From Fibrobacterales bacterium (GTDB lineage: Bacteria; Fibrobacterota; Fibrobacteria; Fibrobacterales; JAOPTW01): a stretch of DNA of 64,000 nt. The notes beneath the pieces were generated by a model, which saw nothing but the letters and a program-made list of their open reading frames with translations, had not been told where the DNA came from and did not search any database. The stretch is taken from positions 85,041 through 149,040 of the forward strand of contig JAOPTX010000015.1 in the NCBI GenBank assembly GCA_051532055.1. The letters run 5' to 3'. Below are positions 1-8,655 of this stretch, in pieces. A program made the position numbers and the translations under genes. Positions within the stretch are counted from its first letter, which is position 1; each line of letters opens with the position of its first letter.

Positions 1-2
1 TT

Positions 3-476
3 AAGAAAAAATATGGGTCGTGTGGGACCTCTAATTTAGAAAATGATCGTTTTGTGGTAGTGCCTGGAGTAGGTGGTCGTCCACAACGCGAAATTCCACA
101 ATCTGTCGTTTCCTCAATTATTCGTGCACGGATGCAAGAGATCTATATGATTGTTCTCAAAGAGATCAAACGCAAAGGGCTCCTTGATCGTCTTGGAGCG
201 GGGATCGTACTGACTGGCGGCTGTTCAATAACGAAAGGCGCCATGGAACTTGCTGAAGAAGTTTTTGGTGTGCCGGTTAAATTGGGTAAGCCAATTTCCT
301 TTGGGGGATTGACAGATGTTGTCTCAAAACCTGAGAATGCAACGGGGGTAGGATTGGTCGTTTATGGCCAGCATCAGGCCCGTGGTATTGGGGGAGAGAC
401 GCGAGTGGGCATAGGAAATGAAAACCTTAAAAACGTATTTAATCGCTTTATCAACTTTTTAAAGAATTATATTTAA
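3..476 (+). CDS. ftsA: Cell division protein FtsA, C-terminal part (5' truncated by window edge)
   Basis: Frame open from base 3 (KKKYGSC...); motifs IIRARMQEI, GIVLTGG, PVKLGKP, ATGVGL; directly upstream of ftsZ. Confidence 0.95.
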   Translation, partial: KKKYGSCGTSNLENDRFVVVPGVGGRPQREIPQSVVSSIIRARMQEIYMIVLKEIKRKGLLDRLGAGIVLTGGCSITKGAMELAEEVFGVPVKLGKPISFGGLTDVVSKPENATGVGLVVYGQHQARGIGGETRVGIGNENLKNVFNRFINFLKNYI

Positions 477-498
477 TTACAGAACCAGGGAGAGCAAA

Positions 499-2088
499 AT
501 GGTTATAACACTAGATGAAACAAAAGAGAACCGAGCCAAGATCAAGGTCGTTGGTGTGGGTGGTGCCGGTGGTAATGCGCTCAATCGTATGATTGAAAGT
601 GGATTGCATGGCGTCGAGTTTATTGCAATAAATACAGATGCAATGGCACTTGAAAACAACCTCGCTGAAAAGAAGATCAGTATCGGTCAAAAATTGTGTA
701 AAGGCCTCGGTGCTGGATCACGTCCTGACAAAGGCTATGAAGCTATTCAAGAAGACAGAAGGCTCGTAGAAGAAGCACTCTCTGGTGCTGATATGGTATT
801 TATTGCCGGCGGTATGGGTGGTGGAACAGGAACAGGTGCAGCACCAGTTGTTGCAGAAATTTCTCGAGAACTTGGCATACTTACTGTTGGTGTCGTAACT
901 GAACCATTTAATTGGGAAGGCCCTGTTCGTAAACGACATAGTAAAAAAGGGTTGGATAACCTTACTGCTAATGTCGATACAATTATTGCAATACAAAATC
1001 AAAAGATTTTTGATGTGATCCCAAAGAATACAACAGTACTTGATGCTTATAAAACAGTTGATGGTGTACTTATGGATGCGGTGAAAGGGATCTCTGATAT
1101 TATTTTAAACCATGGTTTTATGCAAGTTGACTTTGCTGATGTGCGTGAAATCATGAACAATGGTGGTGAAGCACTTATTGGAACTGGAATTGCAGAAGGT
1201 GAAGGGAAAGCACAACTTGCAGCTGAGCTTGCTATCCATTCTCCACTTCTCGAAAATATTTCAATCAGTGGTGCTGGTGGTATCTTAGTAAATATCACTG
1301 GTGGTGATGAATTAGCAATGCACGAAATTAATGATGTAATGTCATATATTTATGAAAGTGTTGGTGATGACAACGAACCACACATTATTTTTGGTAATGT
1401 CATCGATAGCTCCATGGGTGAAAGAGTCGCAGTTACTGTAATTGCAACAGGTTTTTCAAATGGTAAAGTCACAGAAAATCCTCCTGTTGTTCAAGAGGTT
1501 ATTGCGCCACAAGTTACTCCTGAACCTGAACTACAAGTTATTGAGCCGGTACAAGAAGAGATAATGATTTCTCAAAATATCGAGCCTGTTATATCAAAAG
1601 AAGAGGTTGATGCACTTCAAGAAGTGCATACTGCTGAGGCGCCAATAGTTCCAGAGCTTGCTACTGAAGAACCTATTGATGTCTCTATTCCAAAAATGAA
1701 TGCAGAATTTGAAGATTCATTTTTTGGAAAAGTATCAGATGATGAAAGACCAAGCTTTTTGAGAATGAATGAAGAGAGTAGTTCATTCGATGTGAGATCT
1801 CAAGAGGTTGAAGAGACTATTGTTACTGAATCACAAGATATGTCTGACTATTGCAGTGAGCTTCAAAAAGACAGTGAACAAATAAGTCATGTTGTTCGTC
1901 CTACTCAGCGTATTCAAGAGCTTAATCGTGGAATGGTTGATGATGGGGTTGACTACTCAAAGCCGGCGTTTCAACGTATTGGTGGACTGCAAGGCGTTGA
2001 TAGCCAAATGAAGGAAAGTGAAGACCTTTACTCTCAAGAGAATAGTAAAGTAGATGAGCGCCCGGCGTTCCTTAGATTTCAAGATTAA
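499..2088 (+). CDS. ftsZ: Cell division protein FtsZ with long acidic C-terminal linker
   Basis: VGVGGAGGNA, GGMGGGTGTG tubulin signature, VDFADV, C-terminal PAFLR. Confidence 0.99.
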   Translation: MVITLDETKENRAKIKVVGVGGAGGNALNRMIESGLHGVEFIAINTDAMALENNLAEKKISIGQKLCKGLGAGSRPDKGYEAIQEDRRLVEEALSGADMVFIAGGMGGGTGTGAAPVVAEISRELGILTVGVVTEPFNWEGPVRKRHSKKGLDNLTANVDTIIAIQNQKIFDVIPKNTTVLDAYKTVDGVLMDAVKGISDIILNHGFMQVDFADVREIMNNGGEALIGTGIAEGEGKAQLAAELAIHSPLLENISISGAGGILVNITGGDELAMHEINDVMSYIYESVGDDNEPHIIFGNVIDSSMGERVAVTVIATGFSNGKVTENPPVVQEVIAPQVTPEPELQVIEPVQEEIMISQNIEPVISKEEVDALQEVHTAEAPIVPELATEEPIDVSIPKMNAEFEDSFFGKVSDDERPSFLRMNEESSSFDVRSQEVEETIVTESQDMSDYCSELQKDSEQISHVVRPTQRIQELNRGMVDDGVDYSKPAFQRIGGLQGVDSQMKESEDLYSQENSKVDERPAFLRFQD

Positions 2089-2105
2089 TATTCATTAATC
2101 GTGAC

Positions 2106-2143
2106 AAAAGCCAGGCTGCACTCTCCCGTAGCCTGGCTTTTTT
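2106..2143 (+). terminator. Intrinsic terminator after ftsZ (probably bidirectional)
   Basis: AAAAGCCAGGCT-12 nt loop-AGCCTGGCTTTT followed by T run, between convergent genes. Confidence 0.85.
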
Positions 2144-2186
2144 GCTCTCAATTATATTCTAGCCTTTACACTGAACTTACTGCAGC

Positions 2187-3980
2187 TTAGTTAAGGATAA
2201 TTATTTTACTGGGTTTGTTATGGAATGAATCTATATAATAGTAATACCCTGAAGGGAGTTTGGCACCTGTTGTGCTCAATACCCTATTCCAAATGATTTC
2301 TGCATCGCCAGGCTGTTTAGTTAGAGTCTGTACAACAACACCTTTTCGAGAGAATATAGTTATTGTCGTACCGGTGGGTATGTTTTCACAGGGGAACGTA
2401 ATCTTAGTATGGAGGAAATTATGATAATTATATGGATTTGGATAGGGAGGATAAATCTTGGGTGGTAATGCTGGTGGGTCGGTGAGGGTTATCTCCTCTT
2501 CGGAAAGAGTGATTTGTATGACGCCTTTATTTTGAGTCGATGAGGTACCACTTGATTTATAACTTATAGTTAAAAATGATGGGTTGGTGAGAGAATCGCC
2601 AATGAGTTTAATAGTAGGGCCTGCGAGCAGTGTTACTATAGCAGTATCTAAGAGGGTATCTATCTCAACGAGCGAAATTGATACTGTTGGTAAAGAGGTG
2701 ACAAAAAGTGAATCACCTGGTTTTATACTCTCTAAATTGAAGGTTTTAGCAGTGAGTGATTTAGAAAGAATAATAGAATCAAGGTTTGTTGTTGTGAGAA
2801 CTGTAGGGGAAAGCATAGGAAAATGACTCATGTCTGGATTAAAAGGGGCGGGGTCACTTGAACTACGGAGACCAGTAAAGAGAAGTCGAGCAGAGTAGTC
2901 ATTGTAAACTGCATTAAAGCTTGTATTATGGTGTGTCGTTAATACATATTCAAAGGTTTCGTCGATTGGCGTGCCTGGATTCGCCGCTCGGTGATCCCAA
3001 ATTTGTTTTTCAATATCATTAGTGAATCGATTCAAGAGATAGTGCAAAAAGAGCCCTTGACCATATTCATGTTTTCGATTTGTAGTGAGAATACTTGAGT
3101 CAGGACTATCAAATAGGCTGCTTGTGTATTGCCAGTAGTCATTTATTTCAGGTGAAAGAATCTCTTCCATACCAGTTGCAGACGCTTCAAACCAAAAATG
3201 AAGGGTTTCAAAGTTTTTCTCATAATTAAATTGAAATGCATGATACAGCTCATGGACAACAGTTACATCAAAAGCTTTTTCTTTTTCAGTTGCGTAACTG
3301 ACTGTCGTACCATTACTTATTGATAGAATGGGATTATTAGTGCTTTCGTAGTAGGAACAGACCCCTTGTGGTGAATTATACAGTGTTTCAGCGGTGTTTA
3401 CACGCGTATAAAAATAATCATTTTCAACAAACATATGGGTATAATTGAAATCCTCTCTATTAGGGACGACAAACCCATAAATTGCTGCAAATTGTATACT
3501 GTCTTCTAAATCAGTTCTTTTGTCAGAGCGCAGGTGATGAATGTCAACAATTTCAATAGTGTATTTCCCAGGGATTGCAGGCTTATCGTATTGATATGAT
3601 GTAGGGTATGCTTTTGATATTAAGAGGTTGAGTGAGTCAGTGTAAAATCTATATGCTTGTTCGAGTTTGACACCCATAGTGTCGAGGTATTTTTCGTATG
3701 TATTGTCAGTTGATCCGGCAATTTTATGTATACCGGTACGCGTATAATACAGCACAAAATGTTCCGTTTCAAATGAGTAAACCGAATCGTTAAAATCAAT
3801 ATGCGTACAGAGTCTCTGTGTACGTGAAACTTTGGTGCTCATATTTGCGACACTCATAGAGAAGCTTGTCGGAGAATCATGATAATGGGATGAGTCATAA
3901 AAATAACTCGATGCACACTTCCCTTGTGCTGAGATGTAGGAAGAGAAAATAGTAATAAGAATAATAAGGTATTTAATCAT
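2187..3980 (-). CDS. Secreted zinc metalloprotease-like protein (HExxH) with FlgD/T9SS-type C-terminal domain
   Basis: Signal peptide MIKYLIILITIFSSYISAQ (start moved from 4076 to ATG 3980); HELYH...WFEASATGMEE; C-terminal PYPNP...ITIFSRKG...IIWN...LPSGYYYY...KIIIL. Confidence 0.75.
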   Translation of the reverse strand: MIKYLIILITIFSSYISAQGKCASSYFYDSSHYHDSPTSFSMSVANMSTKVSRTQRLCTHIDFNDSVYSFETEHFVLYYTRTGIHKIAGSTDNTYEKYLDTMGVKLEQAYRFYTDSLNLLISKAYPTSYQYDKPAIPGKYTIEIVDIHHLRSDKRTDLEDSIQFAAIYGFVVPNREDFNYTHMFVENDYFYTRVNTAETLYNSPQGVCSYYESTNNPILSISNGTTVSYATEKEKAFDVTVVHELYHAFQFNYEKNFETLHFWFEASATGMEEILSPEINDYWQYTSSLFDSPDSSILTTNRKHEYGQGLFLHYLLNRFTNDIEKQIWDHRAANPGTPIDETFEYVLTTHHNTSFNAVYNDYSARLLFTGLRSSSDPAPFNPDMSHFPMLSPTVLTTTNLDSIILSKSLTAKTFNLESIKPGDSLFVTSLPTVSISLVEIDTLLDTAIVTLLAGPTIKLIGDSLTNPSFLTISYKSSGTSSTQNKGVIQITLSEEEITLTDPPALPPKIYPPYPNPYNYHNFLHTKITFPCENIPTGTTITIFSRKGVVVQTLTKQPGDAEIIWNRVLSTTGAKLPSGYYYYIDSFHNKPSKIIILN

Positions 3981-4029
3981 AGTGTGTAATATATTCAAAA
4001 AAGAAGGCATACCTAAACTTATAATATTC

Positions 4030-4995
4030 TCAAATAAATATGTGCAACTCTGGGTAGCGTTGTTTGAGGTTGGCAATTTTTTGTTGCATAGACTCTTGAA
4101 ACCGTGTAAATGCGAGGCTTTTAGGGTTTCGAGGTTTGTGACTCACGCTTTTAAGAAGGGCAGTTACTTCACGGAAATAATTACCACTATGAGAATTAAA
4201 ATAGGCCTCAATGAATCGATCTAAAATAATGGAAATAGCTAGTTCATTGGGATGTGTTAATGAAGCATCATAAAAACGATAATCACGTAGTTCATCCATC
4301 ATAATTTCAAAAGAGGGAAAGTAACTTGATTGTTGGTTAAATGTATTTGTAAGGTTGTGGCAGATATGTCGGAGGGTTGCCTTGCTCAGGGAGTTTTCGC
4401 TAGGTTTATCTCGTAGGTGTCGCACTGGGCTCACTGTGAATACAATATGAATATCGAGATTACGTGCGAGTAGTTGGGAGAGAGCTGACGTGAGCGCAGA
4501 AGTTCCTTCATCAATAGTTATCAGTCTGCGTTCAAAAAGAGAGTTGTTGAGTTTGTGACAGTTATTGGTAATGATGCCCTTGAAAAAATATCCAAAGGCG
4601 GTGCCAAGGCTAATAATGAGCAACTTTGAGTTTAATAATTGTGTGTTAAAATTAAAGAGCGAACTGTTCATAGCATTACAGCTGCCTTCTGCACTGGGAT
4701 GTGAATAGTCGCCATGAAAATCAAAATGTGACCATAATTCATTATGATAAAATAGGTTATTGGGTTCGATCGGAGTTTGGTCAAGGGTGAGCTGTAAGGA
4801 TTGAGCAATAGAGAGTGGATTGTATGTTATTCCCGTAGGGTTGCCTAAAACTGGCCAAAATTGTGTTTTTAGATCGTTTGTTAGGTGCTCAGCAAAGCAA
4901 GAGCCCATGGAGGATATTTGGTCTCCTGGGCTAAGAAGAACCAAATTGCCCGGTTTTTTTACCGAAACAGGTGTTGTGAGTTTAGGTTGTGTCAT
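4030..4995 (-). CDS. GSCFA domain-containing protein
   Basis: MGSCFAE, NPTGITYNP, ISLGTA, TVSPVRH, YFPSFEIMMDELRDYRFY, HP; likely start ATG 4995. Confidence 0.9.
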   Translation of the reverse strand: MTQPKLTTPVSVKKPGNLVLLSPGDQISSMGSCFAEHLTNDLKTQFWPVLGNPTGITYNPLSIAQSLQLTLDQTPIEPNNLFYHNELWSHFDFHGDYSHPSAEGSCNAMNSSLFNFNTQLLNSKLLIISLGTAFGYFFKGIITNNCHKLNNSLFERRLITIDEGTSALTSALSQLLARNLDIHIVFTVSPVRHLRDKPSENSLSKATLRHICHNLTNTFNQQSSYFPSFEIMMDELRDYRFYDASLTHPNELAISIILDRFIEAYFNSHSGNYFREVTALLKSVSHKPRNPKSLAFTRFQESMQQKIANLKQRYPELHIFI

Positions 4996-5109
4996 AATTG
5001 TAGTATATAATACAATTTTAATGTAAACGAGCAAAATTAACTTTCTTTAATGGGTAATTTTGTAAATTTTCAAAAAACCAATAAATACCTAAGTAGAAGA
5101 AGGAAGTGT

Positions 5110-5430
5110 ATGTCAGAAGTTAAAAATATTACTGAAGCTGATTTCGAAGACGCAATTGCTGCCAATAAACCTGTTGTTGTAGACTTTTGGGCAACTTGGT
5201 GTGGACCATGTAGAATGATCGGGCCAGTACTTGATGAGCTTGCAGCAGATTATGGTGATACAGTATCAATTGTTAAAGTTAATGTAGATGAGGAGCCTGG
5301 ATTGGCACAAAAATTTGGCATCACTTCGATTCCAAATATTAAAGTGTTTAAAAACAGTGCAGAGATTGAGAACATTGTTGGCGCAGCCCCAAAAGCAAGC
5401 CTCAAAGCATCAATCGATAAACATCTGTAA
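5110..5430 (+). CDS. trxA: Thioredoxin
   Basis: DFWATWCGPC, SIP; ATG 5110 after AGGAAG. Confidence 0.97.
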   Translation: MSEVKNITEADFEDAIAANKPVVVDFWATWCGPCRMIGPVLDELAADYGDTVSIVKVNVDEEPGLAQKFGITSIPNIKVFKNSAEIENIVGAAPKASLKASIDKHL

Positions 5431-5470
5431 TCATTAGTATTGATTACTCGATCTGTTTAAAAGAGCGTAT

Positions 5471-5502
5471 AAAAAAGCTGCACAATATGTGCAGCTTTTT
5501 TT
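5471..5502. terminator. Bidirectional intrinsic terminator
   Basis: AAAAAAGCTGCACA-ATA-TGTGCAGCTTTTTT between convergent trxA and the 111-aa gene. Confidence 0.9.
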
Positions 5503-5511
5503 ATGAATATT

Positions 5512-5847
5512 TTAGAGACGGCCCTTTTTAAGGCCTCTAAGCATAGCCTTAATCTCTTTGGGTGATTTGTTCTCTTGCCTATCTTTTTTTACCACAGCAA
5601 TAGGGGCACATGCTTCACAAAGGAATTCATTTTTTATTGAAAATGATGCAGAACCTTCGAGTCGGTCAGTGCTGGGAAGAGAGTAGCGTTTCACAGGAGC
5701 CTCTTTCCCACACTTTTCACAGGTGGTTTTTTTCTTGATTTTGCCGCTTTTGACATCTTCAAGATACTTATCTTTCTTATCCATTTCGTAGGCCATGCTC
5801 AATGCATTGTTCTTGCGAAGGAAGGATTCGTGTCTATCGTTACTCAT
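5512..5847 (-). CDS. Small basic hypothetical protein with CxxC...CxxC (putative zinc ribbon)
   Basis: CEKC and CEAC, Lys-rich; SD GAGG; 9 nt downstream of apt. Confidence 0.7.
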   Translation of the reverse strand: MSNDRHESFLRKNNALSMAYEMDKKDKYLEDVKSGKIKKKTTCEKCGKEAPVKRYSLPSTDRLEGSASFSIKNEFLCEACAPIAVVKKDRQENKSPKEIKAMLRGLKKGRL

Positions 5848-5856
5848 AGTACCTCA

Positions 5857-6378
5857 CTAGTAAGAAATAAGAGAGTGAATCGGAAACGTTCCGAGTTTGT
5901 CTCTTCCATTTAAAAATTGTAATTCGATGAGAAATGAGTATCCTGCAACAATACCACCAGCTTCTTCGACAAGAGAGCGGGTAGCGGCGATAGTACCACC
6001 AGTAGCAAGTAGGTCATCTACTAAAAGAATTTTTGCACCAGCTTTAAATGAGTCTGTGTGCATTTCAAGGGTGTCTGTTCCATATTCTAACGCATATTCG
6101 ATAGAATGAGTGGGACCAGGAAGTTTTCCTGGTTTGCGAGCAGGTACAAAACCCGCTCCTAAAATTTGTGCAATAGCCGGAGCAAAGATAAATCCACGAG
6201 CTTCGGTGCCGACAACAATATCAATGTCATTGTTTATAAAAGGTGCCGCCATCTCTTTGATAGCTGTGGTCAGTGCTGCTGGATTAGAAAGGAGTGTTGT
6301 GATATCTTTGAAAAGTATTCCTTCTTTGGGGAAGTTGGGGATATCGCGAATGCTCTCTTTTAGTTCAGTAAGTGTCAT
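5857..6378 (-). CDS. apt: Adenine phosphoribosyltransferase
   Basis: IPNFPKEGILFKDIT, EARGF, RKPGKLP, LEYG, VDDLLATGGT. Confidence 0.98.
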   Translation of the reverse strand: MTLTELKESIRDIPNFPKEGILFKDITTLLSNPAALTTAIKEMAAPFINNDIDIVVGTEARGFIFAPAIAQILGAGFVPARKPGKLPGPTHSIEYALEYGTDTLEMHTDSFKAGAKILLVDDLLATGGTIAATRSLVEEAGGIVAGYSFLIELQFLNGRDKLGTFPIHSLISY

Positions 6379-6381
6379 TGA

Positions 6382-6984
6382 TTAATCCTTTAAGGTACTC
6401 GTAAAAGTAGCATTTTTTTCAATTTTTATCAAAAGTGCTTCAGCTAATAAGTGAGAACCGAGTTGGGTGAGTTGACCATTAGAAAAGTGGAGCGAGTGAG
6501 GGGCGCGTTTATAATGGGCCTCAGACTCATGAAATGCATTGAATGCCCTATCATAATCAATAATATGAAGGTTTTTTAGGGTATATTGCTCAAAAAGAGC
6601 ATTGACCTTTTCTGCATTTTTTTTCTTGTCAAATGATGGGTAGCTTTCCACTGCCTGATTGCAAAGATAGAGTTCAATTCCTGAGAAAGAGGTAATATGT
6701 TGAATAAGCAAGCTAAAAGGTACAGTATCGATGGCACTGTCTGTAAGTATATTGATATCTCCCCAGCCTACCGAAAGAATAATATGTGTAGTTCGTTTAC
6801 CGATAATGTCTTTTGCATCATGAGCATTAAGGTGTTTAATGGTGTTTTGAATGGAGTTATTGTACGAAAGTTGGATATCAACATCGGGGTGACGTAATAA
6901 CAGAGCATTACCAACATGATGAGGGGTTTCTAGCTGTGTTCCCCACTGAGTATCACCAATAAAATAGAGTGCATTTTGATTCAT
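6382..6984 (-). CDS. SGNH/GDSL-fold protein, catalytic motifs degenerate
   Basis: FIGDT (block I-like), SVGWGD (block III-like), NGQLTQLGSHLLAEAL (block V-like); likely start ATG 6984. Confidence 0.55.
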   Translation of the reverse strand: MNQNALYFIGDTQWGTQLETPHHVGNALLLRHPDVDIQLSYNNSIQNTIKHLNAHDAKDIIGKRTTHIILSVGWGDINILTDSAIDTVPFSLLIQHITSFSGIELYLCNQAVESYPSFDKKKNAEKVNALFEQYTLKNLHIIDYDRAFNAFHESEAHYKRAPHSLHFSNGQLTQLGSHLLAEALLIKIEKNATFTSTLKD

Positions 6985-7146
6985 GTCCAAAATGTAAAAA
7001 AAATAGAGGGACTTCATTATGAATAAGTGAAAAGAGATATTTCTCGAGTTATCCTGTCTTGTTGTCCAGCCTTTTTAATGATAAGAATGAGGACAAAGTG
7101 GCTCAAATTAAATACATTATGATAAATCCAATTAGATGAGGCTCCC

Positions 7147-7725
7147 TTGCCGAATTCACAAAGAGACTCCTTTGAAGGGGTTACACTTCTTGAACAGTTA
7201 ATGGATGGCAGTGCGATAGACGCCGCTATACATTCATGTGCTGTTCAAATAATGAATATGCCTGATTATCAACAGGTTGTTCTCATGGGTAATGCGACTC
7301 GTGGGGTCCCCCTTGCCGAACGCATTGGTGCAGTAATAGAAAAAGAGACAGGAGACTCCATTGAAGTGGGCTCCCTCGATGCATCATTTTATCGAGATGA
7401 TTTTCATTATCGCATTAAGGCCGCTAATCCACAAATGAGAATTACGTTGGTACCGCAATCGATTGAAGGGAAACGAGTAATATTGGTTGATGATGTTCTG
7501 TATACAGGACGGTCAGTTCGGGCTGCAATGAATGCTATTTTTGACCTTGGCCGCCCTGCTTCAATAGGCTTAATGGTGCTGATTGATCGAGGATGTCGTG
7601 AGCTACCAATATGCCCGGATTTTTCGGGTAAAGAGCTTGTTACAGAAAAAAACCAGGAAGTGCGAGTTAAAGTAACTCCTGTTGATGATGAAGATGCCGT
7701 TTGGCTAGTCGAGGTAAATGAATAA
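7147..7725 (+). CDS. pyrR: Bifunctional pyr regulator / uracil PRTase PyrR
   Basis: TRGVPLA, FYRDD, VDDVLYTGRSVRAA, DRGCRELPI; upstream of pyrB. Confidence 0.95.
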   Translation: MPNSQRDSFEGVTLLEQLMDGSAIDAAIHSCAVQIMNMPDYQQVVLMGNATRGVPLAERIGAVIEKETGDSIEVGSLDASFYRDDFHYRIKAANPQMRITLVPQSIEGKRVILVDDVLYTGRSVRAAMNAIFDLGRPASIGLMVLIDRGCRELPICPDFSGKELVTEKNQEVRVKVTPVDDEDAVWLVEVNE

Positions 7726-8654
7726 TGTCGCAGTTATCAATTAAACATTTGATTGGGCTGAATGGAGTCCCTAAAGAGGATTTGCGGAGCATATTGGATA
7801 CCGCTCAAAGTTTTCGTGAAGTTTTAGAAAGGCCCGTTAAAAAAGTTCCATCCCTCCGTGGGGTTACGGTTCTTAATCTCTTTTTCGAAAACAGTACTCG
7901 GACTAAAATTTCATTTGAACTTGCAGAAAAAAGACTTTCTGCTGACGTTGTCAATTTTTCAACCTCGAGTAGTAGCTTAAAAAAAGGTGAGACACTTTTA
8001 GACACTGTTCGAAATATTGAGTCAATGAAAACAAATGTTATCGTTGTACGTCATACCGGAACAGGAGTGCCTTCTTTTCTAGCAGAATCAACTAATTCAA
8101 TTATTGTGAATGCAGGAGATGGTGCAAATGAACATCCAACTCAGGCACTTCTTGATATGCTTACAATGGAACAACATATTGGATCCTTGGAGGGTAAACG
8201 AGTTGCAATTGTTGGTGATATAAAACACTCTCGTGTGGCTCGATCAAATGCATTTGGTCTAAAAACCATGGGGGCTGAAGTGGTGTTTTGTGCACCACAG
8301 ACATTAATGCCAAATAATATGGGGCTTGTAGGGGCTGAATGTACTTCAGATCTCGAGCATGCTATAAAGGGAAGTGATGTAGTCATGGCGCTTCGATTGC
8401 AGAAAGAGCGTCAAGCCGGTGGGTATCTACCGTCTGAAATTGAGTATCGAACTCAGTTCGGTATCACTCCGGAGCGTATTAGAGACTGGAATCCAGATAC
8501 CCTTATTATGCATCCAGGGCCAGTAAATAGAAATTTAGAGATGGATTCAGATATTGTCGATAGTGAACGATCTGTCATTCTTGATCAGGTGACAAATGGT
8601 GTTGCTGCCAGAATGGCAGTTCTCTATCTTTTAGCAGGTGGTGGGGAAGAATAG
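7725..8654 (+). CDS. pyrB: Aspartate carbamoyltransferase catalytic subunit
   Basis: FFENSTRT, KGETLLDT, HPTQALLD, RLQKER, HPGPVNR. Confidence 0.98.
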   Translation: MSQLSIKHLIGLNGVPKEDLRSILDTAQSFREVLERPVKKVPSLRGVTVLNLFFENSTRTKISFELAEKRLSADVVNFSTSSSSLKKGETLLDTVRNIESMKTNVIVVRHTGTGVPSFLAESTNSIIVNAGDGANEHPTQALLDMLTMEQHIGSLEGKRVAIVGDIKHSRVARSNAFGLKTMGAEVVFCAPQTLMPNNMGLVGAECTSDLEHAIKGSDVVMALRLQKERQAGGYLPSEIEYRTQFGITPERIRDWNPDTLIMHPGPVNRNLEMDSDIVDSERSVILDQVTNGVAARMAVLYLLAGGGEE

Positions 8655-8655
8655 T

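Noticed and set aside
7046..7146. Possible PyrR-binding attenuator upstream of pyrR (TTGTCC/GGACAA stem; AATCC...GAGGCT)
   Set aside because: No match to ARUCCNGNGAGGYU spacing, no terminator/antiterminator pair, and the stem seems to lie upstream of the likely promoter
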